Origin: Azolla caroliniana
Taxonomy: Eukaryota; Plantae; Polypodiophyta
Direction: 5' to 3'
DNA: 64,000 nucleotides
NCBI GenBank assembly: GCA_043228905.1
Contig: JBHGNT010000020.1
Span: 14,818,001 to 14,882,000 of the forward strand
Part shown: positions 63,912 to 64,000 of the stretch, piece after piece
How positions within the stretch are numbered: the stretch's first letter is position 1
Layout of the letters: every line of letters begins with the position of its first letter
Translations under genes and position numbers: made by a program
Notes under the pieces: model-generated
Told to the model about the DNA's origin: nothing
Database searches by the model: none
What the model saw: the letters and a program-made list of their open reading frames with translations, nothing else

Positions 63912-64000
63912 TGTCATGAAGACATACATTTTGGCTTATCAAGAGTCGAACCCACAACTTAATTGGTCTATGTGTTGAACCTTTAACCATGGTCATAACA
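63912..64000 (+). repeat. Start of another gypsy-type LTR, running off the window
   Basis: TGTCATGA start, then aagagtcgaaccc...ttaaccat, parallel to the chromovirus LTR start. Confidence 0.55.

Noticed and set aside
1-64000. Host protein-coding, rRNA or tRNA genes
   Set aside because: All long ORFs are retroelement domains or their antisense shadows

Overview
Gene-free, deeply nested retrotransposon cluster from a large plant genome. A non-seed land plant such as a fern or lycophyte is my inference from the element types, not shown directly. No host gene is supported. The window holds at least four Ty1/copia families, three copies of a Tcn1-like Ty3/gypsy chromovirus, non-chromovirus gypsy fragments (one with a tRNA-Trp PBS), two LINE remnants, solo or orphan LTRs, and a non-coding TRIM/LARD-like element. 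The chromovirus copy at 26691-32355 is intact, with apparently identical LTRs. Most nesting is fixed by 5-bp TSDs. The most unusual signals are four. (1) Four or five different gypsy-type LTR families carry an antisense tRNA-like Pol III A-box/B-box module at the outer end of U3. (2) Both the chromovirus and the non-coding element lack a tRNA PBS and show Tf1-like self-priming complementarity plus a TSS-spanning palindrome. (3) The non-coding element carries 13 tandem stem-loops with compensatory changes. (4) The elements also carry perfect heat-shock elements, a -1 frameshift signal and family-specific motif enrichment (TAGTACTA, CCGG). All coordinates and alignments were done by eye.
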